Shown: positions 28,227-37,246 of the stretch, in pieces | Layout of the letters: each line of letters starts with the position of its first letter | Position numbering within the stretch: the first letter of the stretch is position 1 | Translations under genes and position numbers: made by a program | The notes under the pieces: generated by a model | What the model saw: only the letters and a program-made list of their open reading frames with translations | Databases searched by the model: none | Told to the model about the DNA's origin: nothing | Source of the DNA: a virus | Taxonomy: Duplodnaviria; Caudoviricetes | IMG/VR virus record: IMGVR_UViG_2061766007_002855 | Span: 16,722 to 80,721 of that record | Strand: one strand, 5' to 3' | DNA: 64,000 nucleotides

Positions 28227-28678
28227 AAGATAAAAACAATTTATTACCCTATAATAAATGGTCCTGTGGGGAATACCAAAATGCAGATAATTTTTATATA
28301 TTTAGTGGGAATAAAGAACTCACTTCAGACCATGTAAGTATTGGAAACAAAGCTATCCATTTTTATAATAACCCCCCTTCAAATATTAGTATAGGAGTTA
28401 CATACTTAGATGTTTCAGAAGATCAAATAGGTAAATCATTTGAATTCAAAGCAAAAGTATATAATCCTAATGAGAATGCTTTGGTTCAAATGATTATTGG
28501 AACTCCAACTGAAAATATCAGAAATATTGTGATTCCTCAAAATACTGATTTTGTTGAAGTTAGTTCTACATCCATAACTGTTCCTGAAACAAGTGACTTA
28601 AGATGTATTTTTAATGTTCGTGAAACTGACAAGGTATACAATTTATTTGTGGATGATATCTCATTAACCATTCAGTAA
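28223..28678 (+). CDS. silent cassette 4
   Basis: VKDKNNLLPYNKWSCGEY...FVDDISLTIQ*. Confidence 0.8.
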   Translation, partial: VKDKNNLLPYNKWSCGEYQNADNFYIFSGNKELTSDHVSIGNKAIHFYNNPPSNISIGVTYLDVSEDQIGKSFEFKAKVYNPNENALVQMIIGTPTENIRNIVIPQNTDFVEVSSTSITVPETSDLRCIFNVRETDKVYNLFVDDISLTIQ

Positions 28679-29127
28679 AAGATAACGATAACCTCCTCAC
28701 ATTTAACCAATGGGTTTGTGGAGAATACTCAAATAACTTTACAGATTTCAATGTTCCAAATCCAACATATACTTCATTAACTGAAGAATATGCTTTCAAT
28801 GGAAACAAATCTATTAAACTAATTCAATCAAATGGATCAATAAATATAGCTTTGCAATTGAATTTAGATTTGGGTTCTGATTACATTGGTAAAACTTTAA
28901 AGTTTTCTAGTAAAATATTTAATAAAGATGTGTCTACATCTGCATTGAAAGCATATATTAGTAATTCTCAAGTAGCTAGTGTGGATATTCCAGTTAATTC
29001 TAGTTTTAATTCTTATAATTTGCAATTTGAGTATACTGGAACTGCAGTAATTAGTTTTATTAATTATGGTTCAACTTCTGGTCAAGAAATGTTTATTGAT
29101 GATTTGAAATTAGAAGTCATTTCATAA
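28675..29127 (+). CDS. silent cassette 5
   Basis: VKDNDNLLTFNQWVCGEY...FIDDLKLEVIS*. Confidence 0.8.
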   Translation, partial: VKDNDNLLTFNQWVCGEYSNNFTDFNVPNPTYTSLTEEYAFNGNKSIKLIQSNGSINIALQLNLDLGSDYIGKTLKFSSKIFNKDVSTSALKAYISNSQVASVDIPVNSSFNSYNLQFEYTGTAVISFINYGSTSGQEMFIDDLKLEVIS

Positions 29128-29131
29128 TTTT

Positions 29132-29590
29132 GTAAAAGATAATGCGAACTTATGTACTTATAATGTATGGGCATGTGGAGAATATCTAAATTCCACCAAC
29201 GTGTTTGTTGTTATTCCTCCAAATGTAATACTTTCAACTGATTATTCTACAATAGGAAACTCTTGTTTTAAAATAACAAAAACAACAAACAACAATGAAT
29301 ATCTGGGAATAGATGTGATATCTCTAAGTGAAATTGATACAACTAAATCTGCAAAAATATCAGGAGATATTTATTTACTTAATGGGTCTTGTACCATACA
29401 GCAACGTTTTTATGATGAAAATAACACCCAACTCAATGCAGACTCTATTCAAATTACTCCTTCAAAACAACATTTTGAAATAACTTCCCAATTAGTAAGT
29501 GATTTAAGTAGGATTCGTTTTTTTATCACATTTTCAGGAATGGCTGGAGATGTTTATTATCTAGATAATCTATCTTTATCCATTCAGTAA
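29132..29590 (+). CDS. silent cassette 6
   Basis: VKDNANLCTYNVWACGEY...YLDNLSLSIQ*. Confidence 0.8.
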   Translation, partial: VKDNANLCTYNVWACGEYLNSTNVFVVIPPNVILSTDYSTIGNSCFKITKTTNNNEYLGIDVISLSEIDTTKSAKISGDIYLLNGSCTIQQRFYDENNTQLNADSIQITPSKQHFEITSQLVSDLSRIRFFITFSGMAGDVYYLDNLSLSIQ

Positions 29591-30054
29591 AAGAGAAACG
29601 AAATTTACTCTCACACAGTTTATGGTCCTGTGGGGATTTCAATGAAGAGGTCATCACTATTATGCATTCATGGAATACTAATACACTTGAAATAACCTCC
29701 GACTATGTAACCATTGGAAACAAAGGATTAAAAGCAACACAATCCGGAAATGGAAAATTTATAGGCCCACAATTAACTGATGTAAGTGATTGTATTGGAA
29801 AAACATTAAAATTTTCTGTAGATATTTTAACTCTCCACGTTGATTTGAAAATTACATTAATGCAAAACAATGGTACAACTTATACTTCAACTCAATCTAC
29901 AAGCATTTCAAGTGGGTCATCTACTCATGCTGAAGTAAGCTCAACAATTGAAAGTGATACTACAATGATCTGGATAAGAATTGAACAATCAGGTACCTCT
30001 TGGGGAACTGGAGAAATATTTTATACTGATAATTGGTGTCTAGAAGAAGTTTAA
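29587..30054 (+). CDS. silent cassette 7
   Basis: VKEKRNLLSHSLWSCGDF...YTDNWCLEEV*. Confidence 0.8.
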   Translation, partial: VKEKRNLLSHSLWSCGDFNEEVITIMHSWNTNTLEITSDYVTIGNKGLKATQSGNGKFIGPQLTDVSDCIGKTLKFSVDILTLHVDLKITLMQNNGTTYTSTQSTSISSGSSTHAEVSSTIESDTTMIWIRIEQSGTSWGTGEIFYTDNWCLEEV

Positions 30055-30500
30055 ACTTTCTCTAAAATTATCTCATCAACATAAACAATACCCACATGAT
30101 TATTATTGTTCACTTGTACTTTTAATTTCCCAGTAGCTTGAGTAACAAAATTAGTTATACTCATTGTTTGAACAGAATCAGAAGAATCAATAGTTACAGA
30201 TTGAACATGCCCATTAGCTACTTCAATAAATTGGAATTTTACAGATACTCCACTATTATTATAAACTTTTATTGAAGAGGAATATGTTTCATCAGGAACA
30301 ACATCTATTCCAATAAAATTTATAAATAAAAATGTTTCAGTTTCATCGAAGTTTATTTTAAATGATTTGTTTCCTTTAGTTGAAAAATCTGATGAGGAAG
30401 ACACTTTATGGATATGCCCATCAAGTATTCCTGTAGTGTTGTTGAGGTAATCTGATCCACTCCAAATATTATATTCTGCAATATTTGTGTTATCTTTTAC
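30051..30500 (-). CDS. silent cassette 8
   Basis: VKDNTNIAEYNIWSGSDY...YVDEIILEKV*. Confidence 0.8.
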   Translation of the reverse strand, partial: VKDNTNIAEYNIWSGSDYLNNTTGILDGHIHKVSSSSDFSTKGNKSFKINFDETETFLFINFIGIDVVPDETYSSSIKVYNNSGVSVKFQFIEVANGHVQSVTIDSSDSVQTMSITNFVTQATGKLKVQVNNNNHVGIVYVDEIILEKV

Positions 30501-30952
30501 TGAGCAATCAATTTTAAATTATCTACGAATATTTCAGTTCCAACAGCATCATAACTAGCAATCTGAATTACAAATGTATCATTAGTATCAGAACTGTTTA
30601 ATGATATTGAAAATTCTTGTGTACTATTTTTAGGAATATTAATAGATTGCTGTGTAACAGTTGAGGAATCGGATTGTTCAATTAAATAGATAACTGTAGG
30701 TTCATCTTTTGATGTTTTTATATTTCCAGTTAATACCACAGTTTTTGATGGAATGCTTTCATTATATTTAGTGTTGCTGCTGAAACTACTAGTTTGGATT
30801 TTTAAGATTTTTAAACTTCTAAAACCATTAACACAATAATCTGTACTGGATGATAATGTAATTCCACCATTCCCATTGAATGTATTTGTGTTTTCTAGGT
30901 AATCTGTGCAGGACCATTGTTGATGGGATAATAAATTCTCTTTATCTTTTAC
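30497..30952 (-). CDS. silent cassette 9
   Basis: VKDKENLLSHQQWSCTDY...FVDNLKLIAQ*. Confidence 0.8.
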   Translation of the reverse strand, partial: VKDKENLLSHQQWSCTDYLENTNTFNGNGGITLSSSTDYCVNGFRSLKILKIQTSSFSSNTKYNESIPSKTVVLTGNIKTSKDEPTVIYLIEQSDSSTVTQQSINIPKNSTQEFSISLNSSDTNDTFVIQIASYDAVGTEIFVDNLKLIAQ

Positions 30953-31392
30953 TGAACAATTATTAATGAAACATCATCAATATATAGAATTAATGGATTA
31001 CGTGCAATATATTGTAATATTAAATTAGATGATTCTTCAGATTTTGTTCTTGATATAGTAATTTCTTGAGGGGCTGCATTACTTGGGATATCTACAGAAT
31101 TATATGAGTCAGTTTCTGCTAGTCTCAATTGTACTGTATAACCAGTATTATTTAGAATGGTTATTTTTGCAGATATTTGAGAGCCCACAGCTAATTCGGT
31201 GAATCTGTCAAGACTTACTACTGCATACCCTTCAATTGTACTTGTTACTTTTAAACTTCGCTCACAATTTGAAGCCCAATCAGTAGATGATAATAGTTCG
31301 ATAGATGGGGAATGTTCAAATCCTGAAGTGCTTTTTAAATAGTCTGTTCCAGACCATGCATTATGATTTACTAAATTGTCTTTATCTTTTAC
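30949..31392 (-). CDS. silent cassette 10
   Basis: VKDKDNLVNHNAWSGTDY...YIDDVSLIIVQ*. Confidence 0.8.
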   Translation of the reverse strand, partial: VKDKDNLVNHNAWSGTDYLKSTSGFEHSPSIELLSSTDWASNCERSLKVTSTIEGYAVVSLDRFTELAVGSQISAKITILNNTGYTVQLRLAETDSYNSVDIPSNAAPQEITISRTKSEESSNLILQYIARNPLILYIDDVSLIIVQ

Positions 31393-31395
31393 AGA

Positions 31396-31851
31396 TTATT
31401 CTTTCATGCAAAATAGATCATCAATATATAGTTCTCCATTTGATTGATTAATAGCAAAAACTAATGATGAAATCTCTTGACTAATTGTTCCAGAGATAGT
31501 TATTTCTTGCATATTATCTGATGTAGGTACTGTAACAGTTTGCAGATTACTATATGCTCCATTAACATTTTCAGATAATCCCATAGTCAAAGTACTTATA
31601 GATTTATTTAAAATTTTACATTTAAAAGTAACAGTATCTCCTTCATTCAATCCAAGTATATGGGTTTTGATAGTTTGATAAACAATACTTTCTGTTTCAT
31701 TAAGTATTTTTAGACTATGCAATCCATTAACAACCCAATCACTACTTGGGTTTGCAGATATTGTGCTTTTCACAGTAAAATCAGTTAAATCGTTGGAATA
31801 ATCTGTTGCTGACCATACATTATATCCGAGTATGTTAGTTTTATCTTTTAC
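31396..31851 (-). CDS. silent cassette 11
   Basis: VKDKTNILGYNVWSATDY...YIDDLFCMKE*. Confidence 0.8.
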   Translation of the reverse strand, partial: VKDKTNILGYNVWSATDYSNDLTDFTVKSTISANPSSDWVVNGLHSLKILNETESIVYQTIKTHILGLNEGDTVTFKCKILNKSISTLTMGLSENVNGAYSNLQTVTVPTSDNMQEITISGTISQEISSLVFAINQSNGELYIDDLFCMKE

Positions 31852-32276
31852 TGAGCAACAATAACAAAATCATCAAAATAAGATGATTGTAAACTTGTAG
31901 TAACACTCAATCTAATACCTCTGATATTATTATCAGAAAGTGTAAATGAGATAGTTTGAACAGTATCTGATGCAGTATAAAATATTGCCATATTCTCTGA
32001 TTCTCCAATTAAAAGTCTAATTGCACCATTAGCATTAGGAGAATACACTTTTACAGTAAATTGATAATCTCCTGTAGGTAATTCAAAACCATATTCTGAA
32101 GTATACCCAGTATAATCCTCATTAACCCTAGTTAACTTAAAGCTACGTTCCCCAATACTAGACCAATCTGTTGATGAACTGATAATATTTGGTCTATTAA
32201 ATCCTGAAACAGATTTGAGAACATCGGTACCAGACCATACATTATTATCAGGGATAATGTTATTTTTATCTTTTAC
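31848..32276 (-). CDS. silent cassette 12
   Basis: VKDKNNIIPDNNVWSGTDV...YFDDFVIVAQ*. Confidence 0.8.
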   Translation of the reverse strand, partial: VKDKNNIIPDNNVWSGTDVLKSVSGFNRPNIISSSTDWSSIGERSFKLTRVNEDYTGYTSEYGFELPTGDYQFTVKVYSPNANGAIRLLIGESENMAIFYTASDTVQTISFTLSDNNIRGIRLSVTTSLQSSYFDDFVIVAQ

Positions 32277-32731
32277 GGATTTGTTTCGGTTATAATAATA
32301 TTATCTAAGAATAAGATAGTGTCATTTCCATACCTTACAATTCTAATGCTAATATACTTAACCCCTTCAACTGTCACATCAGTTAAAGTTATTGGATTTT
32401 GTGAAGCACTACTTGCCCCCACTTGCACAGTCTTCAAGGATTGGTGGTTGGAATCATATTGTATTATTTGTAAATGAAATGATGAAGTAGTTATATTTTG
32501 GTCAATAGATACTTGTAAACTTTTATTTTCTAAAGAATATTCCATAGAATTCCATAAAGTAATATAAGATGTATCTGAGGTATTAGTTATTTTAAAACTA
32601 GCATTATGATTTGTTGCCCATTCATTACTTACTATTCCTTGTGCTGCACTCAATGTTAAACCAGAAGTAGTATTAGTATATTCTCCACCTGACCATAAGT
32701 TATGAGATGCAAGGTTATTTTTATCTTTTAC
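32273..32731 (-). CDS. silent cassette 13
   Basis: VKDKNNLASHNLWSGGEY...FLDNIIITETNP*. Confidence 0.8.
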   Translation of the reverse strand, partial: VKDKNNLASHNLWSGGEYTNTTSGLTLSAAQGIVSNEWATNHNASFKITNTSDTSYITLWNSMEYSLENKSLQVSIDQNITTSSFHLQIIQYDSNHQSLKTVQVGASSASQNPITLTDVTVEGVKYISIRIVRYGNDTILFLDNIIITETNP

Positions 32732-33192
32732 ATATAACATTCTAATGAATCAATATAAAAATTAACTGGAGTACTCGCATCAATAGCACCTATATTTAAT
32801 TTAACACTATCAGTACCCTCAGTAATAGTTGTTGTTAATTCAATATTTGTTCCTTGAGCATTATCACTAACTGGAACGGTAACAGAAGTATTAACAGTAT
32901 CATTTAATAATAAATGTGATTTACATTGTGAAAAAGAATATATTTTTGCTTTAAAAGTAATTGATTTGCCAATATCATCTTCAGATATACTTACAGGGAA
33001 TCTAATCCAAGAAGAAGGAATATATTCTCCTGAAGTAATGCATTTTATTGATTTATTCCCATTGGTAGACCAGAATGAGGATATTTCAAATACTATTCCA
33101 TTTCCTTTTGAATATTCTGAGGAATTTAAATCATTAGATACTTCTCCACCACTCCATACATTTGCAGAATATAAGTTTCTGGTATCTTTTAC
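32728..33192 (-). CDS. silent cassette 14
   Basis: VKDTRNLYSANVWSGGEV...YIDSLECYM*. Confidence 0.8.
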   Translation of the reverse strand, partial: VKDTRNLYSANVWSGGEVSNDLNSSEYSKGNGIVFEISSFWSTNGNKSIKCITSGEYIPSSWIRFPVSISEDDIGKSITFKAKIYSFSQCKSHLLLNDTVNTSVTVPVSDNAQGTNIELTTTITEGTDSVKLNIGAIDASTPVNFYIDSLECYM

Positions 33193-33641
33193 TGAGCAAT
33201 TAATTCCCAATTATCCATATACAATATTGTTCCCAAAGAAACTGTATCAATACGACATAATACATAATCGGTATTTTCTAAAATACTAGTTGATACACTA
33301 AACTGATTATTTAAGTTATCTGAAGTTACACTTACTCTATCGCTAGTATAATCTCCATTAACAGAATTATGTTGATATATCGCTAAATTTACTTGGGAAT
33401 TTGTTAATATATTAGCTGAAAAAGTTAATACGTGGCCAATTAAAGTATCAACATTTACTTTATAACCACAATATACATTTGAAGTAGTTTCCTTTATTTT
33501 AACTGAATAATCTCCTTTAATAGATAATTCATTTGAAATTTGATAGAAATCAACTCCATTAGTTACATTAAATATTCCTGTTGTACTATAATCTCCCATA
33601 CTCCAAGTGTTATATCCCAATAAATTATCTTTATCTTTTAC
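33189..33641 (-). CDS. silent cassette 15
   Basis: VKDKDNLLGYNTWSMGDY...YMDNWELIAQ*. Confidence 0.8.
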   Translation of the reverse strand, partial: VKDKDNLLGYNTWSMGDYSTTGIFNVTNGVDFYQISNELSIKGDYSVKIKETTSNVYCGYKVNVDTLIGHVLTFSANILTNSQVNLAIYQHNSVNGDYTSDRVSVTSDNLNNQFSVSTSILENTDYVLCRIDTVSLGTILYMDNWELIAQ

Positions 33642-33646
33642 AGATT

Positions 33647-34489
33647 TTAAGATTCTAATAATTCCCACTTATCAGTATAAAAAGTAACATCCCCTGATGA
33701 AGATACCACTCGCATTTTTAACTCTGTTAAATTGGATGGAAATTGACTTGAAGAAATACTAACAGATAATGTGCATGGTTCTCCAGTTGTTGATTCACTA
33801 CTGTATAATACTACATTAGTATCCCCCACAGCGATTAATAATAATCGTACTGTGGAATCAGTTAAAATATCTAGTTTAGCAGTGTAATTTTTAGTTGAAT
33901 CTACAGAAATGTAGTGATATTCTGTGTAATTAGTAGTGTTGACAATTGTATGGTTTATACATTGATTACCATTACTGGACCAGTCAGAAGATGGGGTTAC
34001 ATTGGAATTTCCTTCAGTTGATGCAAGATATCCTTGAGTAGTATGTTCAAATGAAATACTATTATTATAATCACTTCCAGTTGCTAAATCAAAAGGTAAA
34101 ATATTAGTTTTATCTTTTACAAACATGCGGATATCATCTCCTGCATGTGTGCCTCTCACAACTGCATGAACATCATAAATATCCGCTTCAGTAACACGAT
34201 GACTGAAAGTGGAAATACCATTACTATCAGTAGCATCCATACCCAAGAGTGTGGTGCCTTTATACCATTCAACTACTTTGTTCGCTAATGCAGTATTGTT
34301 TTTATCTTTCACAGTACAAGTGTAAGTTACAAGACCAGTTACTACAGCATTTTCATTTGTTATATTTACTTTTAAATCATTTTGGTTCATAAAATCATCC
34401 ATTTCAGATAGTTTTTCATTCACTCCTAAATCGGAGAGTACTTGAGTTACTTCGTCTTCAATATTAAGCAAGTTTTCTATATCCGGCAA
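33647..34489 (-). CDS. adhesin/receptor-binding protein: constant 123-aa Ig-like N-terminus + currently fused cassette 16 (33647-34120)
   Basis: GGTGA RBS, TTG start; YTCTVKDKNNTALANKVV Ig-like segment; in-frame junction ...DIRMF|VKDKTNIL at 34120. Confidence 0.85.
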   Translation of the reverse strand: MPDIENLLNIEDEVTQVLSDLGVNEKLSEMDDFMNQNDLKVNITNENAVVTGLVTYTCTVKDKNNTALANKVVEWYKGTTLLGMDATDSNGISTFSHRVTEADIYDVHAVVRGTHAGDDIRMFVKDKTNILPFDLATGSDYNNSISFEHTTQGYLASTEGNSNVTPSSDWSSNGNQCINHTIVNTTNYTEYHYISVDSTKNYTAKLDILTDSTVRLLLIAVGDTNVVLYSSESTTGEPCTLSVSISSSQFPSNLTELKMRVVSSSGDVTFYTDKWELLES

Positions 34490-34501
34490 TATGATTCACC
34501 T

Positions 34502-37246
34502 CTATTTGAATTTTGTATATTTGATTGTATAATCATCGTAAACAATAGCCATTAACAAACCAGTTAAGGATTCTAATTCAGCACGGGTAATGTTTTCTGA
34601 TGTGCTTGTTGAATGATATCTTTCAAATTGCACATTGTCGCCTACTTTGTTTAGATTCATAATACAGTTATCTAAGTCACCAAGAGTAGTGATTTCAGAT
34701 ATTGGTTTAGTTAGATAATTCCAATCACGTGTACTCTCGTCATATTGTAAATCTGTTACAACATGAGTATAATCTGATAAAACACTAGCTAAACTAATGA
34801 GTATGGTTAATGTTTTACTTGCATGTGAATCATCATAATCCAAGTCTCCAGGATAATTTGCATTTAATATTAATTCTCCAGGATTATTTGGTGTTAAACT
34901 TCCAGAATATTCTCCATTAGAATTGGTGGTGTAATTCTGGTTGTTTACATTTATGATTTTATTAGCGATTGGATCATCATATTTATCAATTAATGTTCCG
35001 CTGAAACTAATTGTTTCACCAATGACATATGTTGTCTTTGAAGTGTTTAATGTGAGATATGATTCACCAAAGACATGTGCAGTTGTATATTGAACATCAT
35101 ATGGATCATATTGTATTCCAACAAGTAATCCTCGTAGATTCATCATATCTGTTTTTGAGAGATAATTCTTTGTTGAATATGAATGGAATCTTCCAAATTG
35201 GACATCATAATTTTTATATTTGAGATTTAATATTGCACCGTTTAAATCAGCGAGAGTGTTTATTTCATTCACTGGTTTAGTAGTGTAATCCCAATCTTTG
35301 GTGGTTTCGTTGAATGTTAAATCCATTACGACAAAATCATATTCAGATAGGAATTCTCTTAATCTTAGGTTTATATTTGTGGTTGCAGTTGCTGTTGATG
35401 ATTTGTATTCTTCGTCTCCAACAAATGTTGCATTTAATGTGAATTCTCCTATTTTTCCTGCAGTTATGTTACCAGTATAAATTCCGTTTTCATTGGTTGT
35501 GCATGATACGGTGTTTTGGTTGTTATCAGAAACAAGGATTGTTTCATTTGCTACAACATTTCCGTATTTGTCGATTAATGTTCCTCGGAATTGTACTGGT
35601 GAACCAACTACGTAATTTCCTGTTATGAATTGTAAATCCAATCTTGTGATTATAAGTATTGGAGCGTTTGTGAATAGGATTAATATTTTTGCGAGTTCAC
35701 CGTTACCATTATTGTTTGTGAATTGGGTGTCTGTTACATTACAGATGTCTCCATGGTATTGTAATGTGAGGTCTTGTAATAGTACGGTTGTGTTTGCTGT
35801 TAATGTGAAGAATAGGTCTTCTTGCAAGTTTTCTATTAGTACGCTTCCACATCCCATTATTGTGCAGTTTTTGGTTATGTTGATTGGAGTGTTTATTTCA
35901 TATATTCCGCTTAATAATATGATTAGGTTTTTATCTCCATTAACTGAGTCAACTGCTTTTTGGATTGTTTTGAATGCGGAGGCACGTGTTTTACCATCAT
36001 TATTATCATTACCTGTTGAAGGGTTTACATAGAAATTTCCATTGTTACATCCTCTGACTGATATGATGATTTCTTGTGTTCCGATAATTTCCCCTTTACT
36101 GTCTTTGCCGACAATGCGGAATGTATTGTCTTTATCTCTTGGAATGTCTTTACTAGGGATTGTTTTTTGTGATTCTTTAATGTCGCCGTATAGTAGTTTG
36201 TTATCGAGATAGACATCTACAGTATGTTCGTCTGTTAATTCATGTGCAAGACTATCTAAAAATTTGAAGTATAGGATTACGTCTTGATTTTTTACTGGGA
36301 TTTTTGTTGATGCTTTAACGAAGAAGTATCTTCCAAGGTCAGTTGATCCATCACAGAATGTGTCTAAATGTTCCCATGGTTCTGGTGTCCATGGGGTTAT
36401 TTCTCCGGTTTCTTCGTTTAATGTTCCGCTGAACCATCTGTCACCATCACTAAGGTAGTTTCCTTGTGCATCTTTTCTGTTATCTATGAAGTTGGGATGT
36501 TTTTCTAAGTCGAAAACTTTGAGCAATAGTTTTTCTCTGTTTTCAATTGTTGCATCGATACCGTATAATTTCCAGATTTCAAGTACTGGTGCGGGGGTGT
36601 CGTGTAATCTTAGATTGTATTCCAGTTGTCGTTTCATGTAGTGATAATCATCTTCGGTTGCACGGTCATTGTATGGTGGTTCTGTTGCAGGGTAAAGTTC
36701 AGGGTCAACGATTAAATATTTTTTACGTGGAATGTTTGGTTCGCCTAGTTTGTCCAGGCTTATGTCATGGTCGAATTCATTTCCTTGTATTTCATCGTTT
36801 TCTGGCCATCCTTTCACTAAGGTGTATTCTTCATATGTTTCTACTTCGATTTTAAATTTATGTTGAGGTATGATATCTGCAAGACTTTTATCTTCAACAT
36901 CATTTAATGTACTGTCTTCATATGAATACTTAAAGTTATCAATAAAATCAGTATACTCAAATGATTCACTATATATGACATCATCATTTTTGTATAAAGT
37001 TACTGTTTTAAGATTTTTGAAATTAGCAACAAAATTAATCACATACTCATAAGGTTCAACCTGATCCTTCCAAATCAACAAATTTTTATTCAATTTGAAA
37101 TTCTGATAAATCTTAAACAGATCATTATCCAATCTTTGAAACCTACGATTAGTAACCCATTGAGATTTACTGAAATTTGATGAATCACTTTTATCTAAAA
37201 ACCAAGGAAACATCTCTTTCAATTGTCTTAAACTATCTTTCATCAA
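34502..37246 (-). CDS. baseplate-associated adhesin-like protein (beta-helix-type region + duplicated Ig-like modules)
   Basis: Follows baseplate J; FYVNPSTGNDNNDG...FKTIQKAVD motif; duplicated GTLIDKY and DWxYxTKPxxEIxTLxDL segments. Confidence 0.7.
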   Translation of the reverse strand: MMKDSLRQLKEMFPWFLDKSDSSNFSKSQWVTNRRFQRLDNDLFKIYQNFKLNKNLLIWKDQVEPYEYVINFVANFKNLKTVTLYKNDDVIYSESFEYTDFIDNFKYSYEDSTLNDVEDKSLADIIPQHKFKIEVETYEEYTLVKGWPENDEIQGNEFDHDISLDKLGEPNIPRKKYLIVDPELYPATEPPYNDRATEDDYHYMKRQLEYNLRLHDTPAPVLEIWKLYGIDATIENREKLLLKVFDLEKHPNFIDNRKDAQGNYLSDGDRWFSGTLNEETGEITPWTPEPWEHLDTFCDGSTDLGRYFFVKASTKIPVKNQDVILYFKFLDSLAHELTDEHTVDVYLDNKLLYGDIKESQKTIPSKDIPRDKDNTFRIVGKDSKGEIIGTQEIIISVRGCNNGNFYVNPSTGNDNNDGKTRASAFKTIQKAVDSVNGDKNLIILLSGIYEINTPINITKNCTIMGCGSVLIENLQEDLFFTLTANTTVLLQDLTLQYHGDICNVTDTQFTNNNGNGELAKILILFTNAPILIITRLDLQFITGNYVVGSPVQFRGTLIDKYGNVVANETILVSDNNQNTVSCTTNENGIYTGNITAGKIGEFTLNATFVGDEEYKSSTATATTNINLRLREFLSEYDFVVMDLTFNETTKDWDYTTKPVNEINTLADLNGAILNLKYKNYDVQFGRFHSYSTKNYLSKTDMMNLRGLLVGIQYDPYDVQYTTAHVFGESYLTLNTSKTTYVIGETISFSGTLIDKYDDPIANKIINVNNQNYTTNSNGEYSGSLTPNNPGELILNANYPGDLDYDDSHASKTLTILISLASVLSDYTHVVTDLQYDESTRDWNYLTKPISEITTLGDLDNCIMNLNKVGDNVQFERYHSTSTSENITRAELESLTGLLMAIVYDDYTIKYTKFK

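Larger units (their letters stand above)
26866..34120. repeat. 16 copies of candidate crossover site T-N-N-GTAAAAGA(TAA)
   Basis: First G on + at 26866, 27331, 27768, 28223, 28675, 29132, 29587 (GAG variant); on - at 30500, 30952, 31392, 31851, 32276, 32731, 33192 (GATAC variant), 33641, 34120. Confidence 0.92.
26866..34489. mobile_element. shufflon-like invertible array of 16 variable adhesin C-terminal cassettes
   Basis: 7 plus and 9 minus cassettes, each an open frame of 142-157 aa beginning at GTAAAAGA; tail-to-tail junction at 30051-30054; only the last is fused to a start-bearing N-terminus. Confidence 0.9.

Noticed and set aside
27349-33668. Short ORF-track calls in the array as independent genes or pseudogenes
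   Set aside because: Their starts are arbitrary internal or upstream codons without RBS. Each frame extends open to the shared GTAAAAGA site.
26866-34120. CRISPR array or DGR as explanation of the regular repeats
   Set aside because: Repeats are only 8-11 bp, occur in both orientations and separate 430-470-nt intact coding units. No reverse transcriptase and no near-identical TR/VR pair.
34302-34312. GTGAAAGATAA (VKDK) inside the constant adhesin region as a 17th site
   Set aside because: Differs in the invariant core (GTG) and lacks the -3 T; VKD is a common Ig-domain strand.
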